A stretch of 39,211 bases of DNA from Bacteroidota bacterium (GTDB lineage: Bacteria; Bacteroidota; Bacteroidia; UKL13-3): assembly GCA_040386055.1 (NCBI GenBank), contig JAZKGH010000103.1:44304-83514 (forward strand), read 5' to 3'. Position 1 is the stretch's first letter. Each line of letters opens with the position of its first letter. The position numbers and the translations under genes are program-made. The notes beneath the pieces were generated by a model that had not been told where the DNA came from, made no database searches, and saw nothing but the letters and a program-made list of their open reading frames with translations. Below, piece by piece: positions 30,799 to 39,211 of the stretch.

Positions 30799-30829
30799 TG
30801 AGTGATGATGTTGGGAGTTGGTTAATAGT

Positions 30830-30973
30830 AGTCAGTTCGAGTAGCGGGGTTGGTGTTGCGTTACGCGTATCGAGAACGGGTTCAATTTAAGCCGTATGCT
30901 CACGAATACTTCTCGATATAGCTCTTGACACCGACCACCCCTCCCGATAGCTATCGGGATACTCGAAGTGACT
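30830..30973. repeat. MITE/REPIN-like element, copy 2
   Basis: Direct copy of 29456-29588 with an extra perfect 18-bp palindrome tcccgatagctatcggga at 30942-30959. Confidence 0.8.
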
Positions 30974-30979
30974 GTTTCT

Positions 30980-31264
30980 CTATTGTTGAAGCATTTCATA
31001 ACATGCTTCGGCCAGCGGTTGCAAATTATTCCCGGTTGCGGTAACAGGATAGTTGCCTGCTTTCCCCACAAAATCCATGTAGTGTTCAAACCATTCCCCA
31101 CTCCTGTCCGCTTCGGGTATGCCCATTAGCTCTGCCACAACACCTGAAAGATCCAGACTATGCCAATCGCTTTCAAAGCCCAGGCGGCTGAGGCCCGCTA
31201 GTAGCTGTTCGTGTTTCATGTCGGCAATAAGGAGTTGGATGATGAGGGGTTTGTTGGGGTTCAT
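30980..31264 (-). CDS. Small hypothetical protein
   Basis: 94-aa ATG ORF with amphipathic helical composition. Confidence 0.7.
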   Translation of the reverse strand: MNPNKPLIIQLLIADMKHEQLLAGLSRLGFESDWHSLDLSGVVAELMGIPEADRSGEWFEHYMDFVGKAGNYPVTATGNNLQPLAEACYEMLQQ

Positions 31265-31365
31265 GATGTAAACTTATGTTACTGCAAGTTTATTTTTCTT
31301 GAATGATAAAGGTGTCATATACTAATTGACGAATTCTTAGTTGAATAATAGCACGAACCATCCAC

Positions 31366-31512
31366 AGCCAGCCATTTCCATTCAGGTGTTTCGTTCCATG
31401 TATTTCCCCCATCTGCACTTTGGGCAAGTTTAGTTCCATCAAGTTTGTAAAACACCGCTTCTTTATCGGACCAAATTCCGTCAGCGTCCTCTTGCCAATT
31501 TTTTCCATCTGC
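31366..31512 (-). pseudogene. Duplicated internal fragment of the 34545-34937 gene
   Basis: 147-bp direct repeat of 34602-34748 with 7 substitutions by my count; has no start of its own. Confidence 0.85.
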
Positions 31513-31541
31513 CCGGAAGCGGCTAAAAATAAGCCTTAAAC

Positions 31542-31586
31542 AAAAATCCCCAAGACTTGCGACTGATGCAAGTTTTGAGGATTTTT
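31542..31586 (-). terminator. Intrinsic terminator downstream of the T9SS gene
   Basis: aaaaatccccaagacttgc...gcaagttttgaggattttt hairpin. Confidence 0.75.
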
Positions 31587-31647
31587 ATAGTCCCTGAAGG
31601 ACAAATTTCGAACCGCTTTGAAGAAGGATTTCAGGCAGCTATAAAGC

Positions 31648-33387
31648 TTACTGGACTATTGTTTTTATATGATTTTTTATTCCGTTTGCATTCAGGATAA
31701 CAAGATAAATTCCTTTGGTGCTATTTTCCCAGGTAAACGTATTTTTTCCCGATAACAGTTTATCGGAAACGATCGTTTTTACCTTATTCCCTGATACATC
31801 ATACACTTCCAGCGTAGTAACAACTTCATCTTCACCGAGGTCAAATTCTATATTTGTTTCATGAACTGTTGGGTTCGGAAATACTTTCAGACCGAATGTT
31901 GAACGGTCCTGTTTCAAAATTCCGGTTGAACCAGACCCCTCAGAGACCCGTGAGGGCAATGCACCACAATAATCATTGTTTGTCAAACAGTGCATTTCCA
32001 CTTCTTCTGAAACTGCCGCAAAGGTCATATTTAGAACGGAGGCCTGGCAAGCTCTATTAACAATTGTGGGAGTAATTGTATTGGTGCTATATGGCAGAAT
32101 AGTATGGCAAGGGCTAAGTGTTGTTGCATTTAGTTCTGTATTAAAATAAATCCCCCGCTTTAGCCCTGGAGCATATTCATAGTAATTAATACCCTTGATA
32201 AGATGGTAAGCAAGACCCTCTTCGTCTTCAATTTCAATTACCTGGAATATATTATTCCCCGAGCTTAACTCACTGTTAGCAGGCTGCCCTATCTTGCGAA
32301 CTGGTGTTAAAAGATTTCCGGAGGCATCCACTTGTGAAAACCAGGTATCTCTTAAACTGCCGTTAGTGTATCCGCCTGATAGAAAAAAGGTATTTCCACT
32401 ACTAATAATATGGAGAGCTACCTCTGTTTGGCCTGTTCCATAATATTTTGCGGCAAGTAGATTTCCATTAATATCCAGTTTAAAAAAAGTGGCATCAGGA
32501 TTAAAGCTTGGCTGGCCCGAATATCCTCTGCCGACTCCAACAGCCGCTATATTACCAGAAGGATCCTGAACAATAGAATAAACACTATTGTCTTCAGTAT
32601 CCCCGCCATTACCGTGATATTCTTTTATCCATAAAACAGCTCCGTTTCCGTCAAGCTTTAAAAAAACAGTTTGTTGCGCACTATTTGCTCCTGCGTGGGA
32701 ACCTCCAACCATAATATCCGTTCCGTTTCTTAACTCAATAATGGTTGTTGCATAAGCGGCTTGATACGCTGGGCCTCCCGGGGCAGAAGAGTTGGTATAC
32801 ATGTTTTTCCACACAAGGCTCCCGCCTGCAGTTATTTTCATCACCAGCATTTTTCTGGCGGCATTATTGGTAAATGCAGGGCTGTTAAAGCCACAGATCA
32901 CATAGCCTCCGACTGATGTTTGGAAAATACCATGTCCATGATCATGACCAACATTTTTAAAAATCCGGTGCGTGGTATGTGCCAGGTTGCTGTTTAATTT
33001 CACAAACATGATATCATAATTGGTTGGATCATGTAGGTTCGAACCTCCAAGTATAGCATACCCTCCGTCTGAAGTTTGTATGATACTTGATGCAATTTCT
33101 GAAGAACCTGGCATGTTAAGCCGTTGTGAATACAGGATATTTCCTTTGGATGAAATTTTCAGAAAAATAAGGTCTGTGTTCGTACCTGACTCTTCCTCCA
33201 GAACTGTTCCTACCACAACGCTGTTGGCACCAAAATCGGCCGGAGCAAGAGAGACAAACTGGATATTCTGAAACTCGTCATCGTAATGCCGGATAAATTT
33301 CTGCGCAGTAAGATTGCCCGAACTAAGCAGCAGCATAATGCCTATGATCAACCTTGTTGATATAGACCCGTAATTTATGTATTTCAT
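31648..33387 (-). CDS. T9SS-secreted beta-propeller protein
   Basis: Signal peptide ending TAQ; repeats of the type SIIQTSDGGYAILG...KLD.NG..LW.K.Y; CTD VFPNPT...KGIYLVIL. Confidence 0.85.
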   Translation of the reverse strand: MKYINYGSISTRLIIGIMLLLSSGNLTAQKFIRHYDDEFQNIQFVSLAPADFGANSVVVGTVLEEESGTNTDLIFLKISSKGNILYSQRLNMPGSSEIASSIIQTSDGGYAILGGSNLHDPTNYDIMFVKLNSNLAHTTHRIFKNVGHDHGHGIFQTSVGGYVICGFNSPAFTNNAARKMLVMKITAGGSLVWKNMYTNSSAPGGPAYQAAYATTIIELRNGTDIMVGGSHAGANSAQQTVFLKLDGNGAVLWIKEYHGNGGDTEDNSVYSIVQDPSGNIAAVGVGRGYSGQPSFNPDATFFKLDINGNLLAAKYYGTGQTEVALHIISSGNTFFLSGGYTNGSLRDTWFSQVDASGNLLTPVRKIGQPANSELSSGNNIFQVIEIEDEEGLAYHLIKGINYYEYAPGLKRGIYFNTELNATTLSPCHTILPYSTNTITPTIVNRACQASVLNMTFAAVSEEVEMHCLTNNDYCGALPSRVSEGSGSTGILKQDRSTFGLKVFPNPTVHETNIEFDLGEDEVVTTLEVYDVSGNKVKTIVSDKLLSGKNTFTWENSTKGIYLVILNANGIKNHIKTIVQ

Positions 33388-33753
33388 AGTGTTAAAGATT
33401 ATCAATCAAAAGTGAGAAAATATATCCGGGCTGTTTCCCAGATTAAAAATTCAGCGGCAATGGCTGTAAATTTGGTATGATATACACAAAATCAGGTAGC
33501 GTCAGAAGCCTGAAATAACTCCTGTGCCATAATGAGGGTGCAGTACTATGGGATTCCCTAACTTACAATCTAATATGGTCGGTTCGATTCCGAACGTATC
33601 AATCCCAGGAATGGGAAGATTCGCCCAAGATTACTAAAAACCGGCCTAAAAATAGGGATGATGCGGCAGCTGAAGGTAAGTAGGTTTCCCGACAATTGGC
33701 CGCTTTGAGAACCTGTAACTAATACAAATCTGCTAATCTTTAAGAGCAAGCGT

Positions 33754-33950
33754 ATGGACGCCCAACAACCATCACAAGATGACAGTGTTTATGTCATACA
33801 GTATAGTGTGCTGATCCTAACAAGAAATGGCGTTGACATTTTTGCAATCATTGTTTGGAAAAAAACAAATACTACAGCTTCACCAGCAATACTGTTTTAC
33901 ACAACTTATGATCAAGATGCAAGTGATGTAATATTTGGGGAAAATAGGCA
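33754..33950 (+). pseudogene. Probable remnant of a CocE/NonD-family hydrolase gene
   Basis: DSVYVIQYSVLILTRNGVDIFAIIVWKK...PAILFYTTY resembles the CocE N-terminal I.TRDG..I.A....P.IL..T.Y pattern; the similarity stops before the catalytic region. Confidence 0.5.
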
Positions 33951-34036
33951 GACAGAGCCTGTAACATTTCTTTCGAATACTATGCGCATCACCTTTCCCG
34001 AACTAGAACAAGACCGCTTCATTTTACTTTGCAGAT

Positions 34037-34440
34037 CTATTTCATAATAACTATTTTATCAATCGTTGTTCTGCGTGCAGAAGTAATTTTTACAAAGTAC
34101 ATTCCTTCCTTCACCTGTGATGTTGCAATCTTATATGTTAAAGATTTTCCATCTGCAATAGTACAGTTATTGTCACTTAATATCTGCTTTCCTGCCATAT
34201 CAATCAGCTCAATCGTAAGCTGCCCGTTATTGCTTCCCGGTGTGATCTGAATATACAGGTAATCCGTTGCAGGGTTGGGATAAATCGCCAAGTTTTTCAA
34301 ATTGGGATACGAGCTGTTTTCTTCTCTTGAAAAACCCGTTATGTTCCTTTTGCCAAAAGCTATTTTATACTCATAAGCTCCTATATCATAGGCACCCTCT
34401 TGAGGCCTGGCAATGTCTCTGATATCAACCGTAATTCCGT
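34037..34440 (-). pseudogene. 5'-truncated T9SS cargo gene (choice-of-anchor Q-like motif plus CTD)
   Basis: The frame upstream of the ORF-track start reads ITVDIRDIARPQEGAYDIGAYEY...GKR...IYPNPA. There is no signal peptide, and an in-frame stop lies just upstream (~34476). Confidence 0.78.
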
Positions 34441-34441
34441 T

Positions 34442-34464
34442 GTCGCGGACGTGCCATCCGTGAC
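34442..34464. repeat. REP-like hairpin at the gene truncation point
   Basis: gtcgcgga-cgtgcca-tccgtgac. Confidence 0.5.
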
Positions 34465-34544
34465 TTGTTATCTGTTATCCTTAGAAACAAGCTCTTTTCC
34501 AGAAGATTTTAGTCTTGTGCAAACCGGGTTTTAATGCTCCTTAT

Positions 34545-34937
34545 TTACTTACTCACCCAAACATCCCAGTCTTTATCCAATCTATACCAACGTCCATCAA
34601 TAGCCAGCCATTTCCATTCAGGTGTTTCGTTCCATGTATTTCCTCCATCTGTACTTTGGATAAGTTTAGTCCCATCAAGTTTGTAAAACACGGCTTCTTT
34701 ATCGGACCAAATTCCGTCAGCGTCCTCTTGCCAATTCTTTCCATCTGCGCTGAACCAAAGTTTAGCATTTGCATCTAACTTATACCTATAGGTTTGCTGA
34801 TCTACAACACCCGGCCATGAATTATTCCTGGCTTTCTTCCATACATATTTGTGAGTGTCTATAGTTGTTTCCTGAGCCATTAGCAGTAATGGCTGAATGC
34901 AACACATTACAAGAAAAATTTTAAGTATAGTTTTCAT
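34545..34937 (-). CDS. Small secreted Trp-rich repeat protein
   Basis: Signal peptide ending MAQ; about 2.5 repeats of YKLD....L..S.DG..W.E....W. Confidence 0.8.
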   Translation of the reverse strand: MKTILKIFLVMCCIQPLLLMAQETTIDTHKYVWKKARNNSWPGVVDQQTYRYKLDANAKLWFSADGKNWQEDADGIWSDKEAVFYKLDGTKLIQSTDGGNTWNETPEWKWLAIDGRWYRLDKDWDVWVSK

Positions 34938-34960
34938 ATAAAAGATTTTTTATATTTTAA

Positions 34961-34976
34961 TGAAATAACTATGCCA
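34961..34976 (-). promoter_or_regulatory. Putative sigma-54 promoter
   Basis: Minus strand reads TGGCAT-AGTTA-TTTCA. Confidence 0.45.
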
Positions 34977-35178
34977 ATCAGCCAAGTATGCTTATTGCGT
35001 TGGGTTCCAGAAAAGTCTATATTTTCTTTATGTGGAATAATATTCTCATTTGAGGAAATCAATCGTTGATTTATGATGCAGGAGACGAATCACATACTCA
35101 TACGCATCATTAACTGTGCCTAATAAACAGAGAACTAAAAGAAATATAAAAGCAATTCTTGCCATCAGCTTATTATTA

Positions 35179-35210
35179 AACCCCGTTCTGGTTTTCACCG
35201 GAACGGGGTT
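35179..35210 (-). terminator. Intrinsic terminator of the large T9SS gene
   Basis: aaccccgttctggt-tttc-accggaacggggtt. Confidence 0.8.
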
Positions 35211-35217
35211 AATGTTC

Positions 35218-38200
35218 TTATTTTACTATTACAATTCTTTCAGTATGTTTTGTTTGCCCTGAAGCATCTATTATTTTTATAAAATAGACCCCACCCTCAA
35301 AGTTAATGGTATTTATGCTCATTGCCTTACCCATTTTATTGGTATATATTTTTTGACCAAGCAGGTTATGCAGCTCCACATCATAAAAGAGATCACCGGG
35401 AAGGTCAATATGAATGAAGGTATTGGCCGGGTTAGGATAGATTCGGATCGGTCCACTTGTAAGTTCATTGTTATTTACAAGATCCGGTTTGGGATCATTC
35501 CCTTTCTTAGTCATCGCTCCACCACAATCCAGGTAATAATTATTGGATGCAACTTGTAATAATTCATTCAGGGTCATCAATCCGGGGCCATTGTTCGGAT
35601 AGTTTAATTGGAATTTATAGGTGAGATCCTGATCCAAATCGGCCAAGTATGCAGGCATCACATATACTTTTCCTTCTTCGCTAAGCATTACAGGGATCTC
35701 ATTATAAACGAAACCTGTTTCATCTATAAGCTTCACCTGTAAGTCTTCCGGCACACTGCATGATCCAAAACGGATTCTTGCACCTATGCCCGGCTCCCTG
35801 TCGGTTTCAGCATCGTAAAACTCAAGGCCTGCTTCACACCACAACATTCCTCTTGCTATGTATACTGACGCTCCGGCATGTTTAGGATTTTGTGCAGCAA
35901 TGGCCGAGAGCGTATTTACTTGCGCGCTTGTTAACAAACCGGTTTCTGATGTTCTTGCATCAATGATAGTATGGTAAACCGTAAGGTAATTGAGGCCGAA
36001 AATATGATTGGTTTCCATCATGACTGCCCGTTCATGCGCTTCTTCGTATTGCGAAGTTGCTATCAGTTCCTGCAAATCAATAAGCTGGCTCATAAACGGG
36101 TTAATGGCCGATTCTCCAATAGTTTTAAGATACAGTTCGTAATCATACACCTGCTGCCAGTAGATAAAAGTATCACCAGCAAGGCTATCATCAGGCATGG
36201 GTGCGCCATGCTCGTCACCATCATGGTCATCATCACCTCCATCATCGGGTGGACTTATTGCACAGGTATTAAAGGTGCGTCCTCCAAAAATATAGTTAAA
36301 ATGCTGCTTTGAGGGAGGTTGATTAAAATACTGTGGCAGGTTGGGGTCAGGGAAAATTAAGGTAAAGGGGCTTGAGTGAGTAAACAGCCATTGATTGCTG
36401 TTAACCATGTTGCGCAACTGGGTAAAGGTGGCATTATCCTGAATATACAGTTCTATATCACTTCCATTGGGTAAGGTATTATTAAAGGAATTTTCTCTTG
36501 ATTCTTTTAACCTCACACCATGCACATCACCACTATTTCTAAGAAAATGATCATTTAACGATATCCCGTTTACATTACCATTAAAGGTATTACAGAGGTA
36601 ATTATTATCATAAGCTGAAAGTTTAGCTGCAATACCCCGCCCGGCTTTAATGGTATTTCCTCGAACCAGCGAGGCCATCGTATTGTTACATGCCACTCCC
36701 ATATTTCGCCACAATTGCACCGTTTGGCTACTGGCAATCGTATTGTTCACAATATTTAATCCTTTGCTGTTATTTAACTGCACACCTGTATTGTAGTCGG
36801 TTGGCAATCGATTAGCAGTGGCCGTAGCAAAATAATTTACTGCATTATTATTAAAGTCACTTTGTTTTAATGAATTTGGACCGTCATTATATTCTCCTTT
36901 AATATCCTGGTGCCCCACAACCTGGAAAGTTTTTATCCCATAGGCTAAGTTATCAAATGCATTTTGCGCTATTTTTAGTTTTCGATAAGTCGCATCTTTT
37001 GTTTGTCCATCCTCGTGAATGGTGATCCCGGTGGCCCCGGTGTATTGGGTATAGTTAGTAAAACCATTCTCATCAATCTGTATGGTTGCTTGATTTGCAC
37101 TTGGGGTACCCGCATTGTTATATAATAAAATACCATTCTGGATAAAGTTGTTAAACCCATTCCGATTGATAATGATTTCACAGTTGGGATTCTGACTGAT
37201 ATTTAATGCATTTCTTGTAATACCGTAACCAAATACCTGGTTAAACTCGGTAAATTCAATTTTTTTGGCACCGTTGTATATAATCACCGGGTTTATAATA
37301 CTGTAAAACTCATTAGAGGACGCTTTAAAATTATTACCTGTTTTTTTCATGTTCACATTCACTGCTACGGCATTGCCATAATCCATATTTTTAAATACGT
37401 TCAGATTCAGTTTCACCATAACTCCATAAGAGGTAACTCCATAAATGCCTTTGTCAAACAGGTTTAATGCAATATCTACAGCATGTGTAATTGATGAACC
37501 AGAATTATACATATCAATGCTGGTCTTTCCATGATTCAAGTATCCATTTGAAAGGGGAAAAGGATACATCACGCCAATGGATTGATCTTTTAAAGGCTGG
37601 TTATGCAGGAAACGGTTACTGGCTATATAATGGGTAACCACACCCGCTGTTCCATAGCAATCCACTAATTGTATATGTTTAAAATTCGCATCAAATTCAG
37701 TATTGTAAATAGCATACCGTGCATTGTTTCCGGTAATGGTTATAGCAGTTACTGCATCATAAATTTTGCTGAGATAGCCACCTGCATTTAAAATGCTTCC
37801 AGGGGCAGGAGAAGTATTGGTATTGATCGTTCCACCATTGGCCACTTTAATTCCCTGCCACATTCCTCCACACGTAGCGTCACCCTTTAAAACAGTATTT
37901 ACCAGGTTAAGGGTAACTCCATTACCTACATTTACCACTGCATCTTTATTCATTTCAAATACCATATTCTGGAGGGTATAAGTGCCGGGAACAATAAAAT
38001 TAAGTGCCCGTGCCACGCGTATAGATGACAGGTTATTTTGAATCGGATTACTGATCATTGTCCATGTTGCCGTTGGTGCGGCATCTATGGCATAATACAG
38101 ATCAGCGTTAAAGGGCAAAGCAAGGCCAGGTTCATAATCATACCCATCGATCTGGTCGGGGAACATACCACAGGTGGGAACCCAATCCTGGGTAACAATG

Positions 38201-39211
38201 GTTTTGGTAGCGGGATCAATTCCGGCAATATGGTTTGATGAATTATCGGATGTGGAAACATAGATTAGTCCGTTCTGCGCTCTTTCAATCTGGCAATTTC
38301 CATAAAGCCTTGTTCCGCTGATGAGGGTATGGGTATGTGCTGCAATATTTCTTACATAGATCCCGCTTGCCGTGGAAGAAGCGGTATTACCGGTCGCTAC
38401 ATATAATTCCGTTCCTGTGGCATTAAATTCCACTCCGTGTAATTCAAGGTGTGAAATCCCTGCACTGATAGTAAATGACTCTTGTACATTATTCCAGTTT
38501 CCTGTAGAAGCATCAAGGTTGATGATATGATAACTTGAATAGCCTTCTTCACTATTATTATCATATCCCCAGGCTAACTTCGTGTCATCCGGTGAAAGAT
38601 CCAGTTCATTTGTTGACATATGGTAAGATGGAACATTCCCTGAACCGAAGATGAGAACAGGAGTGCTTAACCCCATATTGTTACCCGGAGTTGGTGTACT
38701 GATCGTAATTTTCTTAATACCATCACCGGCTGAAAAATACAGGTATCGGACACCATTATGAATATTACTTGCTGCCAACCCTGCACAAATATATCCACTC
38801 CCCGATTGAGCTATCGGTTTAAGCGCACCGTTTCCATCAACAATATCATCAACCGTAACCTGTTTTGTATGGATATTGTATGTGGCTACCTTACAAAACA
38901 GGTAGGAATCATTGGGGTCGTAAACAGCATAAAATATATAATAGCGTTGATCACTGCATGAGGTATTATCCATAAAAGGTACAATAGAAACTTCTCTGGT
39001 AGTAATATGCGCTGACGAAGGGATATTTAAAAAATCATCGAGCATGTTTCCTTCTTTTCCATAAACACCTCCTATTAAAGAGTTAGGAGAACTATTGTAA
39101 TACCATGCATTTACATAAAAAATGGCAGCTCCGTTTTTATCATAAATGCCATTAAATGCTGCTCCGTTAAATGCACTTAGCATACCTGTATTTGGAGAAG
39201 GAAGATTGAGG
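35218..39211 (-). CDS. Large T9SS-secreted multidomain protein (beta-propeller, parallel beta-helix, CTD); 5' end lies outside the window
   Basis: The frame is open to the window edge. ELDLSPDDTKLAW and GVEFNATGTELY (propeller); Asn-rich N.F/N.I repeats (beta-helix); IYPNPA...GGVYFIKI (CTD). Confidence 0.85.
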   Translation of the reverse strand, partial: LNLPSPNTGMLSAFNGAAFNGIYDKNGAAIFYVNAWYYNSSPNSLIGGVYGKEGNMLDDFLNIPSSAHITTREVSIVPFMDNTSCSDQRYYIFYAVYDPNDSYLFCKVATYNIHTKQVTVDDIVDGNGALKPIAQSGSGYICAGLAASNIHNGVRYLYFSAGDGIKKITISTPTPGNNMGLSTPVLIFGSGNVPSYHMSTNELDLSPDDTKLAWGYDNNSEEGYSSYHIINLDASTGNWNNVQESFTISAGISHLELHGVEFNATGTELYVATGNTASSTASGIYVRNIAAHTHTLISGTRLYGNCQIERAQNGLIYVSTSDNSSNHIAGIDPATKTIVTQDWVPTCGMFPDQIDGYDYEPGLALPFNADLYYAIDAAPTATWTMISNPIQNNLSSIRVARALNFIVPGTYTLQNMVFEMNKDAVVNVGNGVTLNLVNTVLKGDATCGGMWQGIKVANGGTINTNTSPAPGSILNAGGYLSKIYDAVTAITITGNNARYAIYNTEFDANFKHIQLVDCYGTAGVVTHYIASNRFLHNQPLKDQSIGVMYPFPLSNGYLNHGKTSIDMYNSGSSITHAVDIALNLFDKGIYGVTSYGVMVKLNLNVFKNMDYGNAVAVNVNMKKTGNNFKASSNEFYSIINPVIIYNGAKKIEFTEFNQVFGYGITRNALNISQNPNCEIIINRNGFNNFIQNGILLYNNAGTPSANQATIQIDENGFTNYTQYTGATGITIHEDGQTKDATYRKLKIAQNAFDNLAYGIKTFQVVGHQDIKGEYNDGPNSLKQSDFNNNAVNYFATATANRLPTDYNTGVQLNNSKGLNIVNNTIASSQTVQLWRNMGVACNNTMASLVRGNTIKAGRGIAAKLSAYDNNYLCNTFNGNVNGISLNDHFLRNSGDVHGVRLKESRENSFNNTLPNGSDIELYIQDNATFTQLRNMVNSNQWLFTHSSPFTLIFPDPNLPQYFNQPPSKQHFNYIFGGRTFNTCAISPPDDGGDDDHDGDEHGAPMPDDSLAGDTFIYWQQVYDYELYLKTIGESAINPFMSQLIDLQELIATSQYEEAHERAVMMETNHIFGLNYLTVYHTIIDARTSETGLLTSAQVNTLSAIAAQNPKHAGASVYIARGMLWCEAGLEFYDAETDREPGIGARIRFGSCSVPEDLQVKLIDETGFVYNEIPVMLSEEGKVYVMPAYLADLDQDLTYKFQLNYPNNGPGLMTLNELLQVASNNYYLDCGGAMTKKGNDPKPDLVNNNELTSGPIRIYPNPANTFIHIDLPGDLFYDVELHNLLGQKIYTNKMGKAMSINTINFEGGVYFIKIIDASGQTKHTERIVIVK

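Noticed and set aside
30627-30890. 87-aa heptad ORF, and the neighbouring 30832-31101 ORF
   Set aside because: Both are explained by translation through the tandem array and the MITE-like repeat; there is no independent coding evidence.
31290-31508. 72-aa ORF similar to 34553-34774
   Set aside because: Both are alternative-frame readings of the duplicated fragment of the Trp-rich gene.
33534-33606. tRNA-like T-arm (tcgg-TTCGATT-ccga) with a possible TAC anticodon
   Set aside because: The acceptor, D and anticodon stems do not pair convincingly; at most a relic.
31366-34748. Diversity-generating retroelement TR/VR pair
   Set aside because: Substitutions are not adenine-specific on either strand, and no reverse transcriptase is encoded in the window.

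Overview
Bacteroidota chromosomal DNA. The assignment rests on T9SS C-terminal sorting domains, signal peptides ending in AQ, TAnnTTTG/TAnnTTCG-type promoters and conserved gene order. Positions 1-13.5 kb are mostly core genes: a hybrid histidine kinase, menC, menA, the conserved flippase-dut-nucleotidyltransferase-TPR-DUF4292-EnvC-like operon, a TPR protein and a DUF4286 protein. From 13.5 kb onward the region is accessory. It holds paired TM2/DUF4190 genes and DUF2752, a lipase, four T9SS cargo genes (one running off the window) plus a T9SS gene remnant, an M15 peptidase, a desaturase, a DUF892 ferritin-like protein, a LytS/LytTR system, nth and a VOC protein. It also contains several REP/MITE-like palindromes, a 21-bp tandem array, a 147-bp duplication and gene fragments. 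The most striking signal is a 706-bp single-gene unit (27771-28476) that looks like an integron-type gene cassette. It has complementary ends and an attC-like hairpin, and it is inserted at a G|ATAA site between a T9SS gene and its apparent terminator, with no integrase in the window. All calls come from reading the sequence by eye; no database searches were run.
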